Virus record (IMG/VR): IMGVR_UViG_3300028920_000057
Coordinates: 1-64,000 of that record
Strand: one strand, 5' to 3'
Source of the DNA: a virus
DNA length: 64,000 bases
Shown: positions 41,001 to 49,037 of the stretch, one piece after another
How the letters are laid out: every line of letters begins with the position of its first letter
How positions within the stretch are numbered: position 1 is the stretch's first letter
Notes under the pieces: generated by a model
The model's database searches: none
The model's input: only the letters and a program-made list of their open reading frames with translations
What the model was told of the DNA's origin: nothing
Position numbers and translations under genes: made by a program

Positions 41001-43464
41001 CGTTGCCCCTTGAATAAGGATACATTTTCAGCTGTATATTTTGTGTTGTTTTAGTATAAGAAAGGTTTTCTATATCCTTTTGTGTCAGATAAGCAAGGAT
41101 CGGATAGGTATACGAGAATATGAGAGGCGCGTCCTTTTCTCCCAAGGCATTGTATGGTGCAATCCTCTCTCTGATGTTCGCAGATTCATCTAAATACGTT
41201 TTGTCTATCCAATCTGTTACAACGGGAGTTCTGGCTAAATCTGATTCATATATATCATATTGTTTGTTAAGACCCGCAACTCCATAGCCCTCCTGAAATG
41301 CTCCCTCTATGGTTGCGATATACCCAAAGTTCGGAGCATACGGCATATAGTTGAAGAAAGAGAATCTCATTGTGGCATGTAAAGCTTCGGGGGCATTGGG
41401 AACTGTAGATATACTTAATCCCTTAAATACCATCGGGACCCAGTTATCTATAAACTTTTTAGCAAGAACTTCAGTATGAGCTTTTGAAGTATATTTGAAT
41501 GAATCCTGAAAATCAGCTTCATCCTTACGATCCTTTTCTGTCCTGTAAGATGCGAGGATGCTACGAATCTTTTCGAATTGTTGATCGTCATGAAATCCCT
41601 TGGGGCTTGAAAGTCCTATTGTGGTTTCAATCGTTTCTAATCTACGCTTCATCTCTGCGAGAGTGACAGCGGATGCATGTACTGACTGAGAAGGGACGGC
41701 GTCTATTCCTCGTACTACAGGAGACCACGAATCAGAACCTCCAAAATCGTTGAACTCAATAATGTTACGCCCTTTTGGGATCGTACTGAATGGGGCATAT
41801 ATATAAATTGTATCATGGGGTTCTGTCCCGAACTTGGTAAAATCACTTGGACCCATCATGGCATTGAATTCATGTGCATATCCTGTCGTTTTACTTCTCG
41901 TAAGAGTATCAAAAGAAGCAAAACTGCTTGCAGATATATGTCGGGTCATAAAATAAAAGTGCTTGTTTACCATCTCATTAAAGCTTGCAGGCCTTACAAT
42001 CCTTAACTTTATAGTAAATATGTCGTCCTGATTTGCTATGCGGAATTTGTTTTCCAATTCGTAATACGGATACTGATTGGCTAACGCAGGATTGTGAGAA
42101 GTTTTACCTGCCCATCCCGCTAGACTTGCAGCATCCATTTTGTAGATTTCAAATGCCGACGTCTTTTTGATAGATCTAAATGCATTAGGGGGTAGAACAA
42201 GATTGTCATCTCCTTGAGGGGTCGTTAACGCAACGCCGGTTTTGGGGTTAAAACCATTTGCATAAATATCGGGAAGAGCTTTGGCTGAGTTCCAAACACC
42301 CGTTCCTGAAGCACTTGACGTTTTACCCGCTTCCAGATAAGGTTTATCTTTAATCCCCGCATTACCTGCGTTTGCAAGAGACATGGGAAACGCGAGGCCT
42401 TGCTGTGCCAATACTGCGTTTTGATTCTTTCCGTTAGCATATATCTCTGTCAAGGTTCGACCATATACTCCTTCGTCTCCCTTTTTAAGAGTGACAGCAT
42501 CGTAGGGATCCCAGAAGTTTTTAGCCTGTATAGCATGGGTTTCCTCATAGGTAGTCGCACTCCTGTCGTACCATTCCTGTCCTGGCAAATTGTCGTGAGC
42601 AGTTTCGTAACAATCAATACCTACGATCCTTAGTTCTTCTCGGTTAGGAAGCCGGATGCTGTCTCCGTCTTTTATATCTGTTCCCGCAGCTTTGAGACTT
42701 ATCCCCTCTATTGCTGTCAAGCCTTTTCGAGACGCATCAAGTACCGTATCCGATATCCCATCACCATAAGATCCAATATCGTTGACGGCACATTTAACAA
42801 ACTGATCTACAAGCTTATCAACGGTAGGAGCTTCGTTTGGGCAATGCTTACCTGATAAGAAATTATATTTGTCTATAGCGATTTTATAGTATCTTTTGAC
42901 TTCACTTATAACTTGTCTTGCGGCATATACGGGGTCCTTATCAATAAGCTCGTCTATGTATTGCCTTCCTGTCTTATCGACAGTCTTAGTAATAACTTCG
43001 AGAACCGCTTGTAAACAAATATCTCTTGTTGCGGCATATACAAATTCTGGATAGAACAATTTGTCAACAATAGTCGATGTTAATAACAGGCCTGTCTGCC
43101 CCCTATTGACACCCAGGGCTTCCTTCCTTGTCTTTTCATATTGATCTTGTTCTGCCTGAAGTTGTGCGAGTTGTTCTTTGTTAAATAATGATTCAATATA
43201 GATAGATGCGAGAAGATCGCTTTGAACATTAATAAATGGCATAGAATTATGTAGAGCAATAAGCGGCCTGAGTTTTGTGTTGATATCCCTTTCGTTAGGA
43301 AACACTACGCTGAATTGAATCTCAAACGCAGAAGATCCAGAAGGAATGGCCTGTGGCATTCCTCCCCGTATAGCCGGAATGATTGCATTCTTTTTAATAT
43401 CCGCAATTACCAGTGAATCTGGATCGACCGTAAGCTCTACATGCCCTATTCTTATATTTGCCAT
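35059..43464 (-). CDS. Giant baseplate hub protein: Dit-like N-terminus, SNase (thermonuclease) domain, gp27/late-control-D-like hub, C-terminal hydrophobic helices
   Basis: 2801 aa. SNase: DGDS...LRIVGIDCYE...YGRTL...N..LAQQGLA. Hub: IQIRAGYS......IFTGQVAEV and GNVTTLGKPEVNPYDIVTLED......FEVKRVVHLY....GFTTTITP. TM-like: WWGVGAIAVLASPGLFTLYGLGFAMIAAGA. Confidence 0.8.
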   Translation of the reverse strand: MANIRIGHVELTVDPDSLVIADIKKNAIIPAIRGGMPQAIPSGSSAFEIQFSVVFPNERDINTKLRPLIALHNSMPFINVQSDLLASIYIESLFNKEQLAQLQAEQDQYEKTRKEALGVNRGQTGLLLTSTIVDKLFYPEFVYAATRDICLQAVLEVITKTVDKTGRQYIDELIDKDPVYAARQVISEVKRYYKIAIDKYNFLSGKHCPNEAPTVDKLVDQFVKCAVNDIGSYGDGISDTVLDASRKGLTAIEGISLKAAGTDIKDGDSIRLPNREELRIVGIDCYETAHDNLPGQEWYDRSATTYEETHAIQAKNFWDPYDAVTLKKGDEGVYGRTLTEIYANGKNQNAVLAQQGLAFPMSLANAGNAGIKDKPYLEAGKTSSASGTGVWNSAKALPDIYANGFNPKTGVALTTPQGDDNLVLPPNAFRSIKKTSAFEIYKMDAASLAGWAGKTSHNPALANQYPYYELENKFRIANQDDIFTIKLRIVRPASFNEMVNKHFYFMTRHISASSFASFDTLTRSKTTGYAHEFNAMMGPSDFTKFGTEPHDTIYIYAPFSTIPKGRNIIEFNDFGGSDSWSPVVRGIDAVPSQSVHASAVTLAEMKRRLETIETTIGLSSPKGFHDDQQFEKIRSILASYRTEKDRKDEADFQDSFKYTSKAHTEVLAKKFIDNWVPMVFKGLSISTVPNAPEALHATMRFSFFNYMPYAPNFGYIATIEGAFQEGYGVAGLNKQYDIYESDLARTPVVTDWIDKTYLDESANIRERIAPYNALGEKDAPLIFSYTYPILAYLTQKDIENLSYTKTTQNIQLKMYPYSRGNDTNLDNIYNVHVESINYSIANNIQTIPLQASEIPTCQYAGKGNSFASITLSTNNLDSITEIRKVDKLMQEVARSTFHEIFPTKVQVISPVTNIFGNKQFILQSIKIADKQGSPGWFLVTFDMIESGYMDSHNENLDLVALPNVFEASEQEQDDIVDTLMEVLFNRKIQHTAVSTRIWRMLIGPNKFFTEAEDADKIKEIPILLQYTNPDEDDEFLIANRNVPDKIAYTPFFERAYKKSTNVAVGKGHDILAKFDNLDDPSLTDTNRRRYPYKFAIKENCPIFKIINEFNVFSSNEDRVAWNAYMRAMQFAGIIQVSPSSVPSNAKKWFSVDPHGYATIFRIIEKKGSLWVAQGINFISLTQDSLNDLIKKTDLNPNISRKQMGLMGRYRTEGLESLFINDRIAFYNEEDVSFPTGWLVTRVFGSLFRAAQIKQARSRQRFTSGNFLAYCIYELSGLLYKNREDANVQKAVRTMIESALRIDAYKELLSAIFAVTAPDDPIIQELYKKVKLRQTAHADLNLPTYNDVYGQLGHPGVNVLNMLTEAQALYTASLRIGDSILTSESNKLRSVLRLGDESAAFISLIHKNRDDIIRNIKSSINNIDKRVEVLNDELANNKVFTGDKRTRAQKRLDNITAASEALASSLEEFGEIPRINRKNIFTEIENLPTYAQLGVMPPINKFGVRNKEGVARSGNNLVEPGWQYYVPYGVAGKQKPDISIKPSKKVNHNKPVMPVQLFRENYENSRHDAKEIPQHGIFISTKRDANKERSIKVDKITKKQAVKSAETIAEYRKKRQKEVRNLIKEDPDLQNHSIGIKSKEDKDKGQKEVEKIINPKKDKGRNLVDVFNSTYTPDIVRLRQMNKSNRVYDIRKAFPTVQLYFLQENQAVFQNWSKLYNYDSIISVAVMHEKESVSGATVELTNFSGVLTNQPDYRKLKIDPRDVIEGEEVTTTLVSKGKYRLGQKGRVIESGELSETAIGDIVSFRLKPGVRIQIRAGYSSVDDENPIIFTGQVAEVQPGKIIRLVAQGYDYQLMRHLEESWTGAFNAFPTIITDMLHYAEHLGKWEPYQYSANWTTADAHEKSKSKSPDYVTAKGWFRAEEWLGMNDTCNDNLYNLPNHGTSPNLLNPFNLVQGSKWYCNGPILDNIYSMRRYIPGYAIAIKPYDERATLYFGPKDGVYICTSNVTQDMVMYNRLNNIQYNPSESNIIARDTYYYPGRGLPAFDGKPEDNDISGTKTEIKFAYTTREKIARSNDLVYNGATDLSPIDISRCFLRLWRMFARGDLISFKTRYVHTISDDEYGDYPSYLPGGFLEYSDIRNTDEIITVLKNTGVHKVFNDVFYREAAISADMKEIRNSNLVELINVDLKDVDRESEYGQTIFTALDKLQKHKNIWNADYLEALRAFVKLKKPSSGNWIDIPNSEATGVQIISSVDYNDFVQSIQERNLPFSSALINFLSKPENVKIPGGRFNYTAEEIGVNISKVLKVTAGTGFLVSQIFESLISKVSTLPHVEKLVPAGLDFPILYFAFLATDKIEYVGYISLRSLIVGLGRGGIKAKLQETAKKFYAFSFLSEQVGYDDSDPMASQPIYAPRKIALGDDFIKTYLSVLARSATKIRNKNMPTRGEQMSVGIDKSVLRIPPNRKPFRDTHIITDMDIISDDIIASKAHMANSVTLWTPNTGSAAASPESSLGAGDMVRHVVAFSPLLQDDIPVTAFDRNAAESAWFEAKVAQVGHGYLADYLREMYQGNVTTLGKPEVNPYDIVTLEDSVRDLRGNFEVKRVVHLYNNQTGFTTTITPHLISFANEDMESQRVIEQSVAELAWWGVGAIAVLASPGLFTLYGLGFAMIAAGATISATQYASAKARGGTTSSFLGIPFPTISAVGHTSTAFGWAGIDSKGLSRRNPCRIHPMRYKGEPLVAGLDGWEKNDWTNQQADDILKRDFKLGFSNFWLSLRRGTVRFIKRTEETARAIEEAREQITTNL

Positions 43465-46400
43465 TAGAATCTTCCTGTATTCCTTTGATGATGACTATAC
43501 ATAAAGTTAATATCGTTTGTCATATTGTCGTTGACGTTAACGCTTCCTGTCATGCCTGCCGTGTTCATCATATTTACTACGCCAGGAACATCCGACGAGT
43601 AGCCATTAGCCACCATTCTGCTTCCTATTGCGCTCTGCTGATGCAGATAAGCGGGAGGAGCGGTTATGGCTCGCTGGGTCACTGAGGGATCTACTTCTTG
43701 GACGGGAGTTGGAGGCAGTAGTTCTCCTGTGTCTCCAAACATTCCTGCCATAGCAACCCCTCCAGCAAAAGCAACCAGTCCTGCAATAGCCCCCCGGCCT
43801 TCAGGGATTAGAGACCTAGATAGGATTGTGTTGATCAATTTACCTTCTTTTGCCTTACCGGCAGCTCTTGTTGTTGCCTCTAGAATCTTCTCTTGAGCAT
43901 CTTTAGACGCTCTTCCCGACTCAACAGCCTTCTTCATAGAATCTCTGAACGCACTACGAGCCATATCGGGATCGGCCACTCCCACTCCTACGGCGGCCTG
44001 AACCGCATGCAATAGAGGAATACCTGCTTCTGGAGCTAAGTCGTCAAGCTTATGCTTAGCCAAATATTCTTGGGTTCTGTAGAATAATTCCGATACATAC
44101 TCAGCACTTTCGCCTTTGGCCTGTTTGCTTGTAAGAACTCGCATGGTTTTAGCAAGAAGATCGGCACCAGATTCTATTTCTTTTAACTTGCCAGGAGTGT
44201 CTGCAGTTCTCTTTGCCAACACCTCTCTCAGTATATCGGCCATACCTCCAAAACGCTCGTCGTCCAGAAGGTACATATGTTCTTTACCTTTTGAGACCTT
44301 TTCGGTTAATGACAAGAAAGCTTCGTTTGGCAAAGCCTGGTCTCCAATATCGAGCATAAACTTACCTTTATGCTCACTAAGAAGTTTTCCTAAATGAGTA
44401 TTGACTCCTGCTAATTTAATGTCTTCATCAGTAATTCGACGCCCCAAAGAAGCTTTAAAGCTATCAATAAAATCTGTACGCTCTTGAGCTCCTAGAGTAT
44501 GTCCTCTTTCCATCTTTTGCAGCAAAGCATACATACCCTTGGCACGCAAAGCGTTGTTTATAGCTTTGGTGTCCTTGAACTCACGAATCCTTGCCTCACT
44601 AAGCGTAAAGCTTAGAGCGTCATACAGACCGGGTAGCAATTCCTTCTTTTTTATACCGGTTTCAGTAACCCATCCGGCCGCTTCTCCGAAGAGAGCTCCT
44701 TGCTCCAGCGCTTCTCCGCTAACTGCGGCTAGGACTCTGGCTGATAAGTTGGACACCTTTCCGGTTTCCAGCCCATACTCCAGCTGTCCTTTAATAATGC
44801 GCTCCCACTTATTATCTAAAGCGCCGAACTGTCTTCTATATGCCTGTTTGATTTTATGTAGTTGAGCATCTACTTTGGTCTTTGCCTTAATATTCTCTGG
44901 CCGCATTGGTTCGCCAGACTGTCTCATCTGCGCTCGAATCCTGTCTTCTTCAGCACTAACTCTATTTATGATTCTGGCCAGCTCATCTCTTTCAACATCG
45001 GCGCTCAGTTCTCTTACTGCTTTCAATGTCTGATAGCCTGTTGCATAATACTGAAGTTCTCCCAGCATCTCTTGCTGAGTGGCCTGAAACCCCTTGTCTA
45101 CCAACCTTCTCATCGCGTTAGAAGCTGTGCGGCCTGTTGGGAGAAATGTCAAAGAGCCCATATCAAAGTCGAAGTCCCCTTTTGCCAGCTCGATAAGTAG
45201 TCCGCCTACAGCCGCCTTGCCCCTAGCTACTTGTGGATCCGATATAAGTCGTACTACCTGTTGGTTGGTTGTGCTTAGATCGGGCCACCTGCGATAGATA
45301 CCAAAGGCTTTGTCGGTATCTTTCATGCCGGTACCACGCATGAACTCCTTCATGTCGTCAGGATTAATAAAGACGGTTGCCAAGTCTTCTGCAATTTGCC
45401 TCGCGCCCTTACTGCTCTTAAGCAGCTGTCGTAAATCTCCAGTATATTGTCCTGTTCTAAATTCATGAGCGATTTTATTAGCCAGCCTAAAAGCTCGAGT
45501 TCCCTTTTTGTGAACCGCTCCTATCTGCATAGGATGAACTATCGCGCCTTCCTCTTCAATCCAGAATGCCTTGGCGATTGATCCTCCTTTACCTCGCATG
45601 GCGTTTCCCATGGTGGATTTGAATTCGTTTTCAATAGTCTCAGTAAGAACCTGGGCATGGGCGATTCTCTCATCAAGAGACAAAGACTTGTCGGCCAGGC
45701 TTTCTGCAAACTCGACTGCCGCATTATATATCTTAGCTCTTGTCTTTAGAGCTGGCATACCAAAAGCTTTCTCATCAAGATTTCTCATAAGCTCTTCGTT
45801 GCTCGCAAAACCTATTCCTCTTTCAAACACCTGCTTTAATATCATCGCCCGTCGACCTGTCCAGAATTCGCTTCGGGTCATGATTGTGTCAAGAAACTCA
45901 TCAGTGAAATCAGCTCTATTTGAGAACTTCATTCTAAAGCCCATTGTTGCTGCATCTGTATCTTTAGGACGTCTGTGCCCTAATCTTTTGGAGGCGTCTT
46001 TGAACAACTCTCTCAGTGTTTCTGGAGAATCTTGATCTAAGGGATTTGACTTGACCTCGAAGAATTTAGATAACATGCGCGCCCCTCGCATCGTTTCATC
46101 CGAGGCCGCACCGACATCTATGTCTATAACTCTCCCCGCCTTTCTCATCACGTCTAAGTAGTCTCCCTGGAAGAACGGTAGCGCAGTATCAACCTGCATC
46201 ATTGCACCACGTAGATACTTAGCGTTTGACCCTTTAATAATAGCCTCTCTAAGCTGGCTTTGGCGATAAACATATGCGGCCATACCACCTTCGCTGCCAA
46301 AAGCTCTCCCGGTAATCATAAGCTGATCTCGAAAGGTGGTTTTCATTGGACTAAAGGTTCCCATTGTAGCCTGTTCGCTCATCTCTGTCTGCCATAAATT

Positions 46401-49037
46401 AAATGCAGTCAGCAATTCTCGTTTTACTTTCCTGGGTATGTTTCTTTGGCGAGCCATTCTTAATATAGCCCTCTCGGGAGATTTGCCTTTATACGTCTCT
46501 AAGAATTGTTCTGCCGTTTTAGGAAATTCACCTTTAAGTTTATCTCCTCCGAAATGCCTCCCGTACAACTCAACAAAAGCATCTCGGCCTGTCTTGTATC
46601 TTCCTCGGACCTTTAATTTTCTAGTCTGAGTTTGAGCAACAGAACGAGCATGTATCCGAGCATCTCTTCGGGGAGTACTTGCGCGATACAAAGGAGCGCC
46701 TCCAACTCCGCCAGCCTGCTCGGCAGTAGCTCTTGTCTTAGTCAATACAATGCCTTCTGCTTCGTTTATCAGCTTTTCGTCTACCGCATGAACTGCTGCG
46801 ACGGGAATCCTTCTCCTCCCCTTTATATCTCTTTGAGCATAGAAACCTTCTGGATCACCATAGATTTCTTCGAAAAAGCCTACATTACCTTTCAACTTTT
46901 CTTTGGGGCCTACTCTGTTCTGTTCAGCAGTAGCCTTGATTTCATCAATGACGACTGCGGGAGACTCTGTCAAGTCTTCACCATAGGTCCATGTCGCCCT
47001 AACTTCCTCAGACAAAGATCCCTGTGTATGCTTTAGTGAAACAAGTCCAGTATGAAGGGCTCGAATTTCTTTTGCTACATACTCTTCTGTTTCACCTGCT
47101 ACTTGTCTGGTCTCAATAATCTGAGCTAACAAAGCCCCTTTCTTGGCAAAGACGTCTCGATCAAGAGCTTCTTTTCTTAGAACTCTAAGGGTCTGCGTCT
47201 GAGGATCGATACCCCAACGATTAAAAGTCTCTGTTGTCTTTGTTAGTATTGAAGGATCTAAATAAGGGTTGACCTGAAACATTCCTGACGCTTTATTGGC
47301 TACAGTCGGAGACCCAATAGCTCCTAAAGAAAACTCTGGTACCAACAGGGGGAAATCAGCAGCTTGAGCTCGAGCCCATTTATTGTACTGACTCGTATAC
47401 TCTGCTACAGACATCTTCCCAAAAACAATGTCGCGACCCATCTCTTTGAAGCCCCAAGCGCGTCCTTGTTCTGTAATTGTTTTTCCTTTTCTTGCCAAGC
47501 CAACTAAATAGTCAACAAACTCCTCTTGATAAGCACCGTGTACAAAGGCAACACCAGCTTGCATGTGAGGAGTCGCTTTGTAACCAACGTTACGAGACAA
47601 TGCGCTAACCAATTTTCCGTACAAACCTCCCGCTTTCTTTGGAGAGGCTACAGATATATCTATTCCCATCTTTCTGGCCGCACGCAGTTTAAGTCCTGCT
47701 TGACCCGTTAGATTCCATGATGTCGTGTTAGCCAGGGCTTTGGCTGGGCCTTCTCGCTGATAAGTCCTCTCTGATAGACCGAAAAACTCATGAATGGACA
47801 TCTGATTCTCAAATAGAATAGAAGATGTAGTTCCGCTAAACAGTTTTTGCATCCTGCTACCAACCGCTCGATTCCACATATCTATCGCTTCACTAGTCGC
47901 TCCGACCATAGTCTTATCTTTTAAAATATAACCACTCTTGCTTTTTTGTAAAACCTGACCATATGTACTGATTTCATCTCTTGTAAACGCAGGCAGTATC
48001 CGATGGATGTCTGAAGTCGGGTCAGACATCTGCTCGCCAAGCACATTAAATGCCTTCTCTGCGTTTAGAACAACCTCGCCTTTTTTGTTCACGTCTTGAA
48101 GATCTTCGAACACGATTCGAGCGGAATGCAAGACCTGTTCTATAGCTCCCAGCTTATCGCTGACTTGTCTCTGTCGTGGTCTGGATGGCTCGTAGAACTT
48201 CTGAAATCTATCTACTAGCGATCCTTTTAATCGCTTAAACTTCCCTGCGGCTGAAGAAGCATCTCTCCATTCATCAGAATTGATCGCCTTAAATACCTGA
48301 GCCAAGACGGCTTCATTGTATGGCATCAGCACAGCACTTTTACCAGCCTGGGTGGCAGACAATCCAAACCCCTCAAGGCCTTCGGTAGCCACAAAGCCCG
48401 CAATCGGAGCCACGTTCATACCCCTACCATAAGAGCCGAAAACTCCTGTAATAAACGGTAAGCGAGTTTCGCCAATAGTTCTATCTCCTATAGAGGCTCG
48501 TAGCGACATAGAGAAAGTAGCGCCAGCTAAAGCATCTTCTTTCCCAGATCTTGCTAAGGTATTAATGGCTCTTTTGCTTAGGCTTGAATCAAGAACAAAC
48601 TCAAATTGTACACCAGTGTCTTTTTGTATCTGGGCAAATTGTTTCTGCACATTCTCCAGCTGTCTTACGTAGTTCTTGGCATGTTCAGACCCCGTTCTGA
48701 GTCCTTTGACATCTATGAAATCGATAAGATCTTTATTTTGATCGACCGTATATTCTGCTATCTGCTGTTGGATCCTGGCAATTTCTTTAACGTCTGTAAT
48801 AGAGACTCCTCCGACGGGTCTGGCTTCTATATCTGGACGCAACTCGATGTCTCGAGTATATTTACTGGGTTGCCTGACAACACTAGTTACACCTTTGATA
48901 GGCCTGGACGCGGCTCGAGATGCAAGCATAGACTTCTGCTCCCGACCAATGGCTTTACCAGTGATCAGAGTGTCGGCCTCCTTTGCTGCTTGGACCATCT
49001 CTTCAAACATATCTATCTTAAAACGCGCTTTGGCCAT
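43464..49037 (-). CDS. Tape-measure-locus protein with a two-barrel (DPBB) RNA polymerase-like catalytic domain; candidate virion RNAP
   Basis: 1857 aa, basic. VFINPDD...GIYRRWPDL...VVRL......GKAAVG......KGDFDFDMGSL parallels the beta-prime R-x-P-x-L ... ADFDGD barrel. C-terminal Gly-rich hydrophobic helix. Confidence 0.65.
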   Translation of the reverse strand: MAKARFKIDMFEEMVQAAKEADTLITGKAIGREQKSMLASRAASRPIKGVTSVVRQPSKYTRDIELRPDIEARPVGGVSITDVKEIARIQQQIAEYTVDQNKDLIDFIDVKGLRTGSEHAKNYVRQLENVQKQFAQIQKDTGVQFEFVLDSSLSKRAINTLARSGKEDALAGATFSMSLRASIGDRTIGETRLPFITGVFGSYGRGMNVAPIAGFVATEGLEGFGLSATQAGKSAVLMPYNEAVLAQVFKAINSDEWRDASSAAGKFKRLKGSLVDRFQKFYEPSRPRQRQVSDKLGAIEQVLHSARIVFEDLQDVNKKGEVVLNAEKAFNVLGEQMSDPTSDIHRILPAFTRDEISTYGQVLQKSKSGYILKDKTMVGATSEAIDMWNRAVGSRMQKLFSGTTSSILFENQMSIHEFFGLSERTYQREGPAKALANTTSWNLTGQAGLKLRAARKMGIDISVASPKKAGGLYGKLVSALSRNVGYKATPHMQAGVAFVHGAYQEEFVDYLVGLARKGKTITEQGRAWGFKEMGRDIVFGKMSVAEYTSQYNKWARAQAADFPLLVPEFSLGAIGSPTVANKASGMFQVNPYLDPSILTKTTETFNRWGIDPQTQTLRVLRKEALDRDVFAKKGALLAQIIETRQVAGETEEYVAKEIRALHTGLVSLKHTQGSLSEEVRATWTYGEDLTESPAVVIDEIKATAEQNRVGPKEKLKGNVGFFEEIYGDPEGFYAQRDIKGRRRIPVAAVHAVDEKLINEAEGIVLTKTRATAEQAGGVGGAPLYRASTPRRDARIHARSVAQTQTRKLKVRGRYKTGRDAFVELYGRHFGGDKLKGEFPKTAEQFLETYKGKSPERAILRMARQRNIPRKVKRELLTAFNLWQTEMSEQATMGTFSPMKTTFRDQLMITGRAFGSEGGMAAYVYRQSQLREAIIKGSNAKYLRGAMMQVDTALPFFQGDYLDVMRKAGRVIDIDVGAASDETMRGARMLSKFFEVKSNPLDQDSPETLRELFKDASKRLGHRRPKDTDAATMGFRMKFSNRADFTDEFLDTIMTRSEFWTGRRAMILKQVFERGIGFASNEELMRNLDEKAFGMPALKTRAKIYNAAVEFAESLADKSLSLDERIAHAQVLTETIENEFKSTMGNAMRGKGGSIAKAFWIEEEGAIVHPMQIGAVHKKGTRAFRLANKIAHEFRTGQYTGDLRQLLKSSKGARQIAEDLATVFINPDDMKEFMRGTGMKDTDKAFGIYRRWPDLSTTNQQVVRLISDPQVARGKAAVGGLLIELAKGDFDFDMGSLTFLPTGRTASNAMRRLVDKGFQATQQEMLGELQYYATGYQTLKAVRELSADVERDELARIINRVSAEEDRIRAQMRQSGEPMRPENIKAKTKVDAQLHKIKQAYRRQFGALDNKWERIIKGQLEYGLETGKVSNLSARVLAAVSGEALEQGALFGEAAGWVTETGIKKKELLPGLYDALSFTLSEARIREFKDTKAINNALRAKGMYALLQKMERGHTLGAQERTDFIDSFKASLGRRITDEDIKLAGVNTHLGKLLSEHKGKFMLDIGDQALPNEAFLSLTEKVSKGKEHMYLLDDERFGGMADILREVLAKRTADTPGKLKEIESGADLLAKTMRVLTSKQAKGESAEYVSELFYRTQEYLAKHKLDDLAPEAGIPLLHAVQAAVGVGVADPDMARSAFRDSMKKAVESGRASKDAQEKILEATTRAAGKAKEGKLINTILSRSLIPEGRGAIAGLVAFAGGVAMAGMFGDTGELLPPTPVQEVDPSVTQRAITAPPAYLHQQSAIGSRMVANGYSSDVPGVVNMMNTAGMTGSVNVNDNMTNDINFMYSHHQRNTGRF

